Assembly (NCBI GenBank): GCA_002104905.1
Contig: MCFE01000448.1
Span: forward strand, 9,428-73,427
From: Basidiobolus meristosporus CBS 931.73
Taxonomy: Eukaryota; Fungi; Basidiobolomycota
Direction of reading: 5' to 3'
Length of the DNA stretch: 64,000 nt
Shown here: in pieces, positions 1 through 11,779 of the stretch
How the letters are laid out: each line of letters starts with the position of its first letter
How positions within the stretch are numbered: position 1 is the first letter of the stretch
Made by a program: the position numbers and the translations under genes
The notes under the pieces: model-generated
Database searches by the model: none
What the model was told of the DNA's origin: nothing
What the model saw: the letters and a program-made list of their open reading frames with translations, nothing else

Positions 1-268
1 TCCATGACACTGTTTCATGTGCAGATCACTTTGCCAACGTAGTGCTGTGTGGCTGACGACGTATGTTTCTCATGTGTGCAGGTCAGTTTCAAAGTTTGCC
101 TTGTTCATTCTTTCCCTAATGTCTGCCAATCATTTGGTACATGAAACCATCGTACCTTGGGTAACAACCTTCGATGTCTTGAAACTTCAGTTCCACCTAC
201 AGACAGCCACACACCGACTGGATGCCGCTGAGGGGTTTCATTGGCTTCCAGCATTATCATTGCCAATA

Positions 269-318
269 CCATCGCCATCGCCATCGCCATCGCCAATGCC
301 ACTGCCACTGCCACTGCC
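269..318. repeat. Hexanucleotide microsatellite (CCATCG)n grading into (CCACTG)n
   Basis: ccatcgccatcgccatcgccatcgccaatgccactgccactgccactgcc read directly. Confidence 0.85.
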
Positions 319-607
319 AACTCCCACCTACCCGCTCATGCTAGTTGCTTGATTGTTGATTATTTTGGGGGACGAAGTTTGATCGGTTGAGGGCCATGCC
401 AACCCTAGGGACTCTGGACAAGTCCCGATTGATGCTGGGTGCCAATGATTGGCCTCCAATAGCCATGGACTGATGACTCCTACGTTCATATCCCAAACGG
501 CTCTCCCTCGATCCCTAGTCTTGCATAGCGTCATCGCCTAGTCGACAACCACGCCCCACTGAGCAGTGTTGATATCAGCATACCACACCACACCACACCA
601 CACCAAC

Positions 608-1567
608 ATGGACAGAGACGAGGAGTACGATTATTTATTCAAAGGTAACGACGTCGGAGAGACACCCAGCCCCCCAGTTTTAAACAAATTGTTCTTTCTA
701 TTAGTTGTTTTGATTGGGGATTCTGGGGTTGGGAAATCCAATCTTCTTTCCCGCTTCACCCGTAACGAGTTCAATTTGGAGTCGAAATCAACCATCGGCG
801 TGGAGTTCGCAACAAGAACCATACAGGTGGAGGGAAAAACCATCAAGGCGCAAATTTGGGACACAGGTACTTTATTCTCTCTTCATTTCACGCCCCACAT
901 AGTACTCATCTCTTCCGCAGCTGGACAAGAGCGTTATAGAGCAATCACCAGTGCGTATGTACAGACCATTCAGGCTTTCCCAGAGCGTCGCATCCTGCTC
1001 ACTCACCCCTCCCTCTTTGCCACTTAGCTATTATCGTGGTGCGGTAGGTGCCTTGCTGGTCTATGACATTGCAAAGCACGCCACCTACGAGAACGTCGAC
1101 AGATGGCTTCGAGAGTTACGAGACCATGCCGACAGCAACACCGTGATAATGCTGGTCGGCAACAAGAGTGATTTGAGACATCTCCGAGCCGTACCGACCG
1201 AAGACGCCAAGCAGTTCGCCAGTAAGTCCAATGGAATGTGCAGTAGTACACAAATATGACCAAGCATAACTTACCCCGACTGGAATCCCAAATAGCCGAG
1301 AATCAGCTGTCATTTATTGAGACCTCTGCGCTTGATTCCAGCAATGTGGAGCTTGCTTTCCAGAAGATCTTGACCGGTAGGTGCTTTTCCATTTGTCAAT
1401 AACGAAGCGCAAGAAGCTGAACGACCTTCCTCCGATGGGCGACAGAAATCTACCACACCGTCGCTAGTAAAGCGTTAGAGTCGTCCGAGGCTGCTCCAAA
1501 GCCCGGTGGCGGCACAACCATTGATCTCAGTGCCAACGAGGCCAGCACCAAGAGTGGCTGCTGCTAA
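608..1567 (+). CDS. RAB11: Rab11/Ypt31-family small GTPase, 6 exons (608-644, 705-866, 921-954, 1028-1221, 1296-1376, 1446-1567)
   Basis: Spliced translation: [24 protein letters not shown]...TIGVEFAT...[22 protein letters not shown]...GNKSDL...FIETSA...KSGCC*. All five introns are GT..AG. G-box motifs and a C-terminal CC prenylation motif are present. Confidence 0.96.
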
Positions 1568-2882
1568 GCTGCATCCTGAGCTTCTGCGCAGTTGTCTCGA
1601 GCCGAGCATCCTGCCCTCACCACCCCATCACCCTTGCCTTCCACTCGCCCAATGTAACCACCCACAATTAAAGGAATATTTACTCAGAGGCCAGATGTAT
1701 TCTCGCATATACTATCCCTTCGATTATCGACTTGGGAGGACGATCAGGCGTCAAGACACGGCAACACCGATCATTCCTCCGAACTGACGGTTGCTCCATG
1801 CTGAGGCGAAGTCGAAGATTCATAAGCAATCCCGATTTAGTCGAGCAGAGAGCCAACTGTGTGGCGGGGTGCTTAAGCCGGGCGCCTCGTCTGGATGGCG
1901 GGTTGAATCACTGGAAACAGGAACTGCGTATTCGCAGCGCTCAATCCAGGAGCTATTGTTAAGCTGTGTAGCGCCAGGGAACGAATGGCACACGTTGATA
2001 TGGCGGAGCTCAAAGGCTTCTGTGATGCAGAGTAATACAGCTTTCCATCTAAGGAGCATGGATCACTGGCAAAGAGCGCCATGGTTACTCCTTATACAGA
2101 CCATCTGCCCGGTCTGGAGCCTGTTTCATGGGAATACAGCTCCACAGGGATAATCGCTGATTGCTGTAGGATGATCCTCACATGGTCAGCAGCCCGTGAT
2201 GCAGATGTATTTCGTCCATCTCCTATTCCTCTCCTTCATAGGCAATCCGTCCACTCGGCAGCTATAGAGCGGCGACGACAGCATCGAGCCCCAGAGAGCG
2301 CCCCGAAATGGACTCTGGTCATTCGTGAGATGGCTCCAGAAGGGTTGCATGGATGATTGCCCACCGATTCAATCGCCAAGCTTGCAGTGATCATATCCGT
2401 GTGCTCCTGTACCAGGAGGGCTGTTGGTGGATATTCAAGGAGTGCCCGTCGATGCCTACATCACTTGCAGCCCAGGACATCCGGAAAGAAACAATCGCAG
2501 ATTGATACCCGCTTCGCAGTGGGCGATCCCTACGATGGCCTTTGTTCCCCGAATTCCTTGATCAGGCTGGATATAAAATCCCTGCTGTGGATTGGCTTCT
2601 TTGTGTTAACTTAGATTCATCAAAGGCTATAGATTAGTCTTTACTCCCAACAATCAATCCAAATAGCCCACAAAAAAGCCATTCGACGGCGGATTAGAGA
2701 AGCCATCCCCTGTTGCCTCGCGACCTCGGCCTGCATTTGGTATAAAAGCACCAGGTGCATCCTCCACCCACAAACAGGAACCTTTCATCTTGCCCGAGCC
2801 GCCTCGCTTCCGTGGCCAGACAGTCCCACATAGAGAATTCAGCCAGCATCCCTCCATCCCACCCCTTCACACCCCTGGCTTG

Positions 2883-5800
2883 ATGACCATAATCGAAGGT
2901 GTCTCCGAAGGCGCCTCGCTCCGCATACCTGGGGCCGATTTTTCCTCCGATGACGAAATAGAATACGAGAACGACGCCTCGCATGAGCTTATCATGGGAT
3001 ACGACTCGAACCAGAACTCCCCCCAGCCCACCATGAGGCGCTTCCGCAGTTTCTCGGCAGGAAAGCTGGTTGTCCCGTCCAATCTGACTGCAGAGACCCA
3101 GCTGCGGGATTTGGAGGCACGTCTGGTGGAGAAAGAGAATGAAGTGCTGCTAGCAGCAGACATTGGCCAGGTGTTGCTCAAGGAGATCGACAGCTTGAAG
3201 CACAAGCTGACGATTTATGAGCAGAACCGGACATCCGACGAACTGAATCAGGAGATCGAAGCGAAGCATGCCGAGACTCTACAAAAGTTGAGGACGTTTC
3301 GTGTGGAAGCCGAAATCTACACCTGCTCCTTCGAAAAGCCCAACAAAAACGGCAACAGTCCCTACGGTGCCGGGCGCAGGGGCGAGCGCTCCGTCACACC
3401 CCAGCTGCCAGGCATGACCGATAGCGAGCTAGACCTGGCGAGGATACCCAGCCCCACGATGCTTCCCACTAAGAACACCACTAGCACGCTGCACAGCGAG
3501 ATCAACCGGTCGGTGGAGGTGGGTGAGAATCTCATGAGGTTGTCCCGGCAACTCCAAGCAAAGCTGTTGGAAGCAGAACGAGAGTCGCTCAACCTGGCCG
3601 AGAGAGTGACCGACCAGGAGAGACAAACGATGGCGTTCAAGATGCAGTTGGTCCGTGGGGCCGAAAGCGAAGGTAGGCGTGCAGACGATATACACCCATG
3701 TGGTTGCCATTAACCCAGATTCTGATCTGATATTCTAGCCAAGTCGCAAGAAACGAGCTGGAACCTGGAGCTCTCCAACCAGGAGCTGCAGACACAGGTC
3801 GAGGAGCTGGAGCAGGTGATGCAGAAGCTGACCAATGATCATGTGCGCCTTCAAGAGGCACTGAATCATGCCCGAGAGTCGATTGAAATGCTTCACCTGA
3901 AGGAAGAGAAGATGACCCAGACCATGGAGAGGACCAAGACCCGGCATGAACAGGAGTTGACGGGTGTGCGAAAGTTGGTGACCACGCTCCAAGGGGAAAA
4001 GGCCGAGTTGCAACGACGACTGGAGGAGGCCAAACAGGAGCGGAACGCAAAAGCCTGCAAACACACCGGAAAATATCTCAACCATGCAGTGGCCACCCTG
4101 GACACCAGGACCGTTGGGCACGACTCGACCCTGGACCTATCCGACGGCCACGACCACTCTCCGATACGTTCGCCATCCCCATCGCCGTTTGCCGGAAATG
4201 CCCCTGGACAGACGCTGCAGGTTGAGACCTTACGTGGGTCGCTAAACCATGCGCACAGGACCATCGCTAGCCTTCGTGCCTGCTTACACCGCGAGAAGAT
4301 CGAAAAATTGGAGCTCAAGAAGATGCTTTCCGAGAACCAGGAGGCCTTGGAGAATTTGCAGCAGGACTCGCTCTTAGAAGCCGAGGGTGATTCGACGATA
4401 CGGTCGTTCAATGACTGCGAGACGCCTCGTAGATCGATGCCCAAAAAAGCGCGGCATAGAAAGCGTGGCAACAAAAGAGCGTCTGCCCCTGTGCTCCCTA
4501 ACCGCCGTCTGCGTTTCCCAAGCACAAGTGACGGTCTTTATTCTTCGGAGGAGACCTCTTCCACCTTTGACGAGAGCCCATCCTATAAGCAATCCATCAA
4601 TTCGTTGAAACGCGAAATACCGACTGCCAAGCTTGAGCCCCCGGTTATCAAGGAGACCGTGTCTTCTTCCGATGGCGATCAACGGACCGCCGAGCTAAGC
4701 GCCAGGAGGAACACCAGAAATCCGTTGGCAAGGCGGTCAGCCCACATCCCGCAGCCCAACAGAGATCTACTCAATGAGTTGTCCATGGTCGATGGCAACC
4801 AGCCCGATGACCCGACTGGAAGCCATGACCAAGTTCCCACCCAAAGTGGCCGCTCGAATGGCGATACCAGCGGTAAAGAAAGCCAAATCCTTCGCAACCT
4901 GACTGCAAAGGCTTTCCCCAACCTCTGCGACAAGTGTGGATCCATCGTGGAATCACTGATTAGCGGGCACTATGCATCCTCTGTTGCTGAGAGCCCCGAA
5001 GACACCTTCGCCTCGAAGGAGACGACTCCCGGAGCGGAAGATGAAGCTATAGCTCTGGTCGAGGAGCTCCGTGGGAAGCAGGAAGGCCTGGGGAAAGACA
5101 GAGACTCTCCAATGGCGAATGCCGAAGATGCAAATGAACTCAGTGGTGAGTTGGCTGCAGATGGCCAGCAGCTGCTTTCCAAGGTCGTCACCAGTGCGAA
5201 CGCCGCTCCCATTCAAGCCGAATCGCAACCTAAATTGAGCGTTTCGGTCGACCAACCCCCGCCTCGACCTACCACCTTGCCCCCGGCCGAGCTGATGGCG
5301 CTGACCAAGAGCCCGATAACACTTCGCAATTCAGATGCGCACGAAGGGGAGCCTGCCCGCACCCTCAATCCTAAGCGACCGCCCATCCCCACCTCGATGC
5401 TGCAGCCTGCGGGCTCCAGAAAGCGAACACACTCGAAGGGGAAACGGGCCTTTTATGGCAAGGAGATCGACACCGAGATGGACAGCAGCATGAGCTCACG
5501 CCCCACCTCGAAGCGTTACTCTCAGCCAGCGCTGGATGACAGCTACTCCAGATATCAGCCACTCCGCAGACCAAATGCTCAAGCGATGCACCATGGCACG
5601 ATGAACTCCTGCGGCACGGAATCAAGCTACTTTGGGGATGAGGCCTCGTGGTCTGAGCGTCGACGAACCTTCTCGGCCGACCCAGCCATCATCCATGCCA
5701 TCACCCAGGCGATGATCGGCAACTTCATGTACAAGTACACCAGAAAGGCGATTGGAAATGGGATCAGTGAGAAGAAACATAAGAGGTACTTCTGGATCCA

Positions 5801-6371
5801 CCCGTACACAAAGACCATCAACTGGAGCGAAGAGCAGCCCGGCCCAGAGAAGACGTACACCAGGAACAGCGCCAAGTCCAAATCAGCCTATGTGAAGTCG
5901 GTGCGAGTGGTTCAGGAACCGTTGTCACCGACCTCGCCAACCACTCAGGATCAAGCAGGCTACGAGTATAGCTTGATCGTGGAGACATCAACGCGCGAGC
6001 TCAAGATCAAGGCGATGGATTCCGAGAAGCACGATGTATGGCTGCTGGCTCTGACATACATCCAGACACGCCAGGTGATTTCCGAGGGCGCAGCGGACTA
6101 TCCCCAGATTGCCGAAACCCCGCTCGAGCGGAACAGCCGGCCAGCGCTACCAGTGTTCCCCCCTAGCTCCACCACGTCCAGCCCGCAGTCTCTGTCGAAG
6201 AAGCGAAGCCTGACCAGGCTATTCAAGAGACCCAGCAAGCCCAATCTGCACGGGACGTTGGCCACCATGGAGTTCCCACCCAGTGCCGAGGATCTTGAGG
6301 CGCTCGAGGACATAAGAAAGTGCTGCAACGGCAAGCATGACATCAACCGGTTGGAGACAGTGACGCACTAG
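2883..6371 (+). CDS. apsA: Num1/Mcp5/ApsA-like cortical dynein-anchoring protein (N-terminal coiled coils, C-terminal Mcp5-type PH domain); exons 2883-3672 and 3739-6371
   Basis: A 66-nt GT..AG intron (3673-3738) joins the two long ORFs in frame. The C-terminal AITQAMIGNFMYKYTRKAIGNGISEKKHKRYFWIHPYTKTINWS matches my recollection of the Num1/ApsA PH domain. The N-terminal third is coiled-coil rich. The start codon choice is inferred. Confidence 0.85.
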
Positions 6372-8023
6372 AGGAACCTTATAGCAACACGAGCCTGGAG
6401 TGCGCCGCCACCTGGTGACTCCAGCTTCGGTCGATGTAGAATCACCTAATCTCCATAACCTAATACTGTGTATAATGTCATCCATTGAATTTTTTACCCC
6501 GCCTCTCATACCCGCCACTCTACCCACTACTGGCCTCAGTCTCGGGAAATCCCGCCTGTTGCTCTGGCTGCCTCAACCCGGCTAGCTAGCGTAGTATGGT
6601 CAGGATGCCCAACTAGAATGGGCTTAATGTAAGCAGCCTTGAGATCTAGCCGAATCTAATCATTACCATCCCAAAACCCAGCATTCACGGCTGTGGCCGG
6701 ACATTCTTTATTGAACTTCGAGCCACACCATATAACTCAGTAACCAGATCTAAATAAACATCCAAGGTAACCGGTGAGAACCGGGCCGCATATCGATGCA
6801 GGGCGCCCGATGCTGCTAGGTCTTGGCTACACATGTGTACATTTCGTGTGCGTTTGCGAGGATCGGATGAAAAAGGCCAACCAGGCAACCATGATGGAGA
6901 AGCCATGGGAGTAAAGAGCGCTGCTTCCCCCATGCACTGCCGCTAGCCAAGAGCAAACCCCAATGCCGGTTGGTGGGGCAGTAAACATTGAAGCACCCCC
7001 GTGGCGATGCGTAGCGCCACCGTATCCCTACGTGCGCTTCAACCAACGAACCCTGGCACACCAGTAGACAGCATCATGTGTCGTTCGTAAACAGCCGAGC
7101 CAGGCGGATTTGGTAAGGTGGATAGTTCGTGCCTGATTCAGCCAAATCCAGGTTCAATTAGGCCATAGCTTTCAGGCTGCGCTGAAAGTCATCAGGATTT
7201 GAGCAATAGACTGAGCTCAACCGAGCCTTGCGTGCTTCTGCCCAGCGTGGCCATGAACCCACACCGGCAGATAGCGCCTCACGGGATGCTTCATGTAAAC
7301 GAGCCCGAGCGAGGGGATCGCCTGGGGGGGGTGCTGACTAATCTGTCTTCTGCCCTCTACCCCTGGCCCGTTTCCCAACCCGACCCCCTGTGCTGCTGCC
7401 TAGTCTAACGCCGGAGTGTGCTGATCTACCGACTCCCAGGCGAACACCCACTAGACCAGATCCGCACTCGGCGTGGATGAATGCGAGTTGGTGCCAGTTG
7501 GGTGTGAACAATCAGCCATGCATGCATGCATGCTTGGCTTCGATTAAGGATAGATTAGGCAACCTCAGCAGGAATTCATTTGTGCAACCATTTCAGCCTT
7601 TCATCTGATTTCCTGCCTCAACAAGCTTGCCCAACCAAATGGCTACGATGAAGGAAAGATCACAAATGTGGAAAACTCGTTGATTGCCTGCTTCAATGGC
7701 GTAGATGGGATTGAAGCCGAGCTGGGTCCTGTGGATTGCCATGGTTTCTGTGATGGGCGTTGTATGGACCGTTCTGCTTCAATCATACGGTGCCTTGCCT
7801 GAAGTGCGGGTATTTTGTGTTGATAATTTACAGATTTCCTGCTTTCTTATGCCTGCATCTACCTGATGCCAAACAAATTGCCCTTGTAGACCAGGGTTTG
7901 CTTTCTACTCTTTCTGGATCCCATATCTCAGCGTTCTCTCTTCAGGTGCAATCCTTTAATATTCCGAACATCCTGCCACACTGCTTCAAGAGCCCCTCCT
8001 TCACCACCACCACCCACAACCAG

Positions 8024-8064
8024 CACTCACTCACTCACTCACTCACTCACTCACGCACTCACTC
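8024..8064. repeat. (CACT)n tetranucleotide microsatellite ~60 bp upstream of the ankyrin-DIL ATG
   Basis: cactcactcactcactcactcactcactcacgcactcactc read directly. Confidence 0.85.
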
Positions 8065-8122
8065 GACTTGTTCACACTGCGCCATTCCCACCTGAGCCGT
8101 TGAACTCTACTCTTTTAGAACT

Positions 8123-10829
8123 ATGGGTTCCTTCAACTACGAAGACAACGACCAACATGGGCCCCCACTGGACACCAAAAAGCCCAGCGCGCTGACGTTG
8201 AAGATCGACACGAAGATTGACTGCGACCAGCCAGACTACCATCTGAATGAGGGCGCAGAAACCACCACTCCCTACTCTGCAACCTTCTGTGAGAACCGCG
8301 TCTCGAATTCCACCACTGATACCCTCGTCACCCCAACACATTGCCCAACTGGCCAGCCCGAGCTGACCAGCGCCAAAGGAGAGAGCCCGAGAACGGCAGG
8401 GGTGGGCCGGGACTTCAAATTGACCATATCAACCAGCTTCAAAAGCTCGAAGACGGTGTCGCCCTTGGTGTCGACGAAAACCACCAGCACCGATGCCTTT
8501 TCCATCCTGAGCCCCATGTCCCCCAGCCTGCTGCAGTATGCGGAGCAGTTCGAGGATGAGGAGGAGATACTCAATGGAAGCTCGCTGTCAGAGGAGCAGA
8601 AGAAGCTAAAGCTAACCAGGATCCTGCGCAGAGCCTCCTCCAACGGGGACGGCAAGCGGGTCAACCGAATCCTGTCCATCGCCAGGCCGTACATCGACTT
8701 GGATGGGCAGGATGACGACGGAACCAACCCGCTGATCTACGCCTCGTGCTTCGGCTATTTGGATGTGGTGTTTGCTCTGCTTCAAGCGGGCGCCAACCCC
8801 AACGCTCAGGACAAATGTGAGGGTGTTTGTTTTCCCTGAGCACCCCCATTATCGTCACTAACCTCCTTTCCTTCGAATTCTCCTAGCTGGCTGGACCGCT
8901 CTGATGTGGGCAACGAATAATCACCACGATGCCATCGTGTGCATGCTAGTCGAGCACGGAGCCTCCACCACCTCCAAGTCGGCCACCGGCCGAACGGTCA
9001 TGGACTTTGTGAATCACGGCATCAACCAAGACCCCATCCAAAACCGGCGGATCGCCGAGCTTCTCTCCGACGTGCACGAGAACAAGACCGAGCGGAAGCC
9101 GGCCAACCGGATCTCCGCCTACTACAACTCCTCCCGAAAGGAGCTGGGAAGCATCATCGCCGAGACGGACATCCTGTACAAAATGGCCATGAACAACGTG
9201 AACGGGAACGAGATGGACCTGGCCAACTTCAGGATCAACGACTCCGGGGTAAGTCACTTGTCCAGGCGAGCGCGACCCCACCGCTGACGCTGACCTTCCC
9301 ATTTGGCATGTAGGAAGTGGAGGGGAACTTCGAGGAGTTTGTGTGGGACCACATCCAGCCCGACCAGATATTCGTGTTCTCGCCTACCAAGCTGCCCAGC
9401 CTGCTCAACAAGGTGATTTCCCGCATGAAGCCCCACTACACCCCCGAGCACAAGTTCATCCCGGCGAATGTCCTGTTCCTCGCCGCCCGATACGCCCACA
9501 GCCTGGTGGGCCCTGAACTGTTGGACGAGCTACTGTCCGACACCGTGCGGCTGACGCAAAAGGTGGTCCAGGTATGTGTTCACCACTGGGGGGGGGGAGT
9601 GCCCCCCTTCGCTGCAGAATACTCGGCTAACCAGTCTCGTTTGACAGGTCGCGGAGGACGACATGTCCCTGCTGGCGTTCTGGATCTCCAACTGCACCCT
9701 TCTCCTGTACTACCTGAAGAGAGACGGCGAGCTGAGTGTTCAGACGCTGGACAGACAGGTGGACCTGTCCGAGCTGGTAGAGAAAACATACCGGATCTTC
9801 GTGCGTGGGGTGCAGCAGAAGATAGAGGAGGTGATCGAGTCGGCCATGCTGTCGTACGACACCCTGCCCGGTCTGAACGAGGTGAAGTTCGCCGGGGAGA
9901 AGAGGAGGTTCTTCTTTCCCTGCATGCGAAGCACCACCCCCAACTCGACCATCGGCAGCACCGGGTCGAACTCGCAGAAGCACAAACGACGGGTCTCCCA
10001 GAGGGCCACCATTCTGCCGCGTCAGAAGCCGGCCTCCCCGAGAACCATCAATTGTATATTGTCGTCGACGTTGATCGTTTTGCAGACGTACGAGGTGCAC
10101 CCCAACATCATCCACTCCACCTTGAACCAGCTGCTCCACTTCGTCTCCGGGGAGATGTTCAACTCCATCATCACCCAAAAGGAGTACTGCTCCAGGTACA
10201 AGGCCATCCAGATCCGCATGAACCTCTCGGTCATCGAGGAGTGGGTGCTGGACAACAAGTTGCCGAAGGAGCTGAACGAGAACTTCCAGGACCTGCGGAA
10301 CCTGCTCCAGCTGATCCAGTGTCTGTCCCAGCAGACCGACCTCCTCAGCTTCACCGAGATGATGGACAAGATGGAGTACATGAACCTTCCCCAGATCCTC
10401 ATGGTGGTCAGACTTTACAATTACGAGGTCGATGAGGTCCAGCTACCCGAGAGCCTGTCCACCTTCCTCCTCGATCTGGTGGAAAAGGAGAAGGTGGGCT
10501 CCTCGGAATCGAGCCCGCCACCCGCCGGCGACGGGTCCGATCCCTCTATCCCATCGAGCGCTAACGGCGATGCCGGCCCAGTCGCCACCACCACCGCCAC
10601 CGCCGATGATACCGCCATCACCGCCGCCGACCCATCGGACGCACCACCCGGCCCGAATCGAGGGGTGGCGGAGATGGAGGAGTTGAAAGACCCCGAGAAG
10701 CTGCTACCCTTCACCTTACCAACGTTGGCCGAGATGCTCTCCGGCTGGGGGAGGGAGGAGTTCCACGAGTACGTGCCATTCCTACCCGAAGATTTCCTCC
10801 GCCAGGTGGACGAGGAGTTCGAGAATTGA
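8123..10829 (+). CDS. Ankyrin-repeat + DIL (dilute / myosin V tail-like) domain protein; exons 8123-8816, 8887-9248, 9314-9571, 9648-10829
   Basis: Ankyrin motifs GTNPLIYASCFGYLDVVFALLQAGANPNAQD and SGWTALMWATNNHHDAIVCMLVEHGA. The DIL-like segment QLLHFVSGEMFNSIITQKEYCSRYKAIQIRMNLSVIEEW follows. Three GT..AG introns restore frame, with branch-like gctaac at 9626. Confidence 0.85.
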
Positions 10830-11629
10830 ATGAACCATCCTTCCATCCTTCCACTCGTTTCTATTCTACCTTCATCGTACATCCATGAGATTCCCCCCCA
10901 TCCTTCCCTCCCCACCTCTTACGAACCACCAGTTGGTCCGTGTGAATCGTCCGTGGGCCCGGCCCATCTCATGCGCCCGCTTCCCCTCCGGTGAACTGCC
11001 CAGTCGTCTCGTCTCGTCACCTAGGTTCCCCTTTGTCCAGAGCTCATCCGTCCTTGTATGACCATCCCCCAATCCTACCACCACCGCCTACACTTCGCCA
11101 CCACCCTATAGAGCAGAGGTCCCCCCTCTTCATCAGGGCCCCTCTGAACCATTTAACCTCATGGATAAATAAATCGCTCCTGCGTACTACCCACGTCATG
11201 GTCCCGTCCTCCCCCCTCCTCTAGACCGCCCACGGGTTGACCCCCTGGTGGGGGATGGTGGCGGCGTGTATGCAAAGAGATCAAACTTGCAGTTCGAATG
11301 GTACACTGCTGGTATCTTGCTTGCATCCATGGGGTGTTCGGTTGGTGTTCCACCGGGATTCATCCCGGGAGTTTATCCTGTGTGGAAACCTCCGGAGCCA
11401 CTCGCCATGCTCGGGATGAAGGTTGAACTTCCACCTGGATCGTGCCGGCATCGTGCCAGTCTTTCGCCACCTTGGGACATGCCCAAACGATCCGGATGGC
11501 TCGCAGGCCTTCACTGATCCAAGGAACTAGCCAATATCTTTCAAACACATCCCTTTGACAACAACTCGCAACTTGGCCCCAACTCAAGCAAAATCCTGTG
11601 GTGTACAAAGGATCTGGGTGTAAAGTCAA

Positions 11630-11775
11630 CCAGTGTAGAAGGGATGCTTGGACATGAGTCTAAATGTTCGGAGACCTTTCTTAACCACATCACTTCCTTT
11701 GTGGCCCCACAGGCTGCCATACACTCTGCCTCTGTGGTGGAAAGTGCAATGGATGGTTGCTTTCTTGAATTCCAC
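11630..11775 (-). mobile_element. Ty1/copia RNase H fragment at the edge of the TE block
   Basis: Minus strand reads WNSRKQPSIALSTTEAECMAACGATKEVMWLRK, matching the copia-D RNase H at ~35950-36060. Confidence 0.8.
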
Positions 11776-11779
11776 AGGA

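Noticed and set aside
17-352. ORF with an SPSPSP/LPLPLP tail
   Set aside because: The pattern comes from the hexamer microsatellite. No domain or splice support.
566-1027. 153-aa ORF as a protein on its own
   Set aside because: It is Rab11 exons 1-3 read through two in-frame introns. The spliced model gives a canonical Rab11.
3893-5881. Long minus-strand ORFs opposite the Num1/ApsA gene
   Set aside because: Antisense shadows of a GC-rich coding sequence with no recognisable motifs.
6400-8100. Possible small gene or ncRNA in the 1.7 kb intergenic region
   Set aside because: Only short ORFs without motifs. I could not identify a tRNA cloverleaf or snRNA signature by eye. Infernal or RNA-seq would be needed.
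9317-10435. 372-aa ORF overlapping the ankyrin-DIL gene
   Set aside because: Only 9314-9571 is exonic. The rest is intron plus an alternative frame of exon 4 kept open by GC-rich codon usage.
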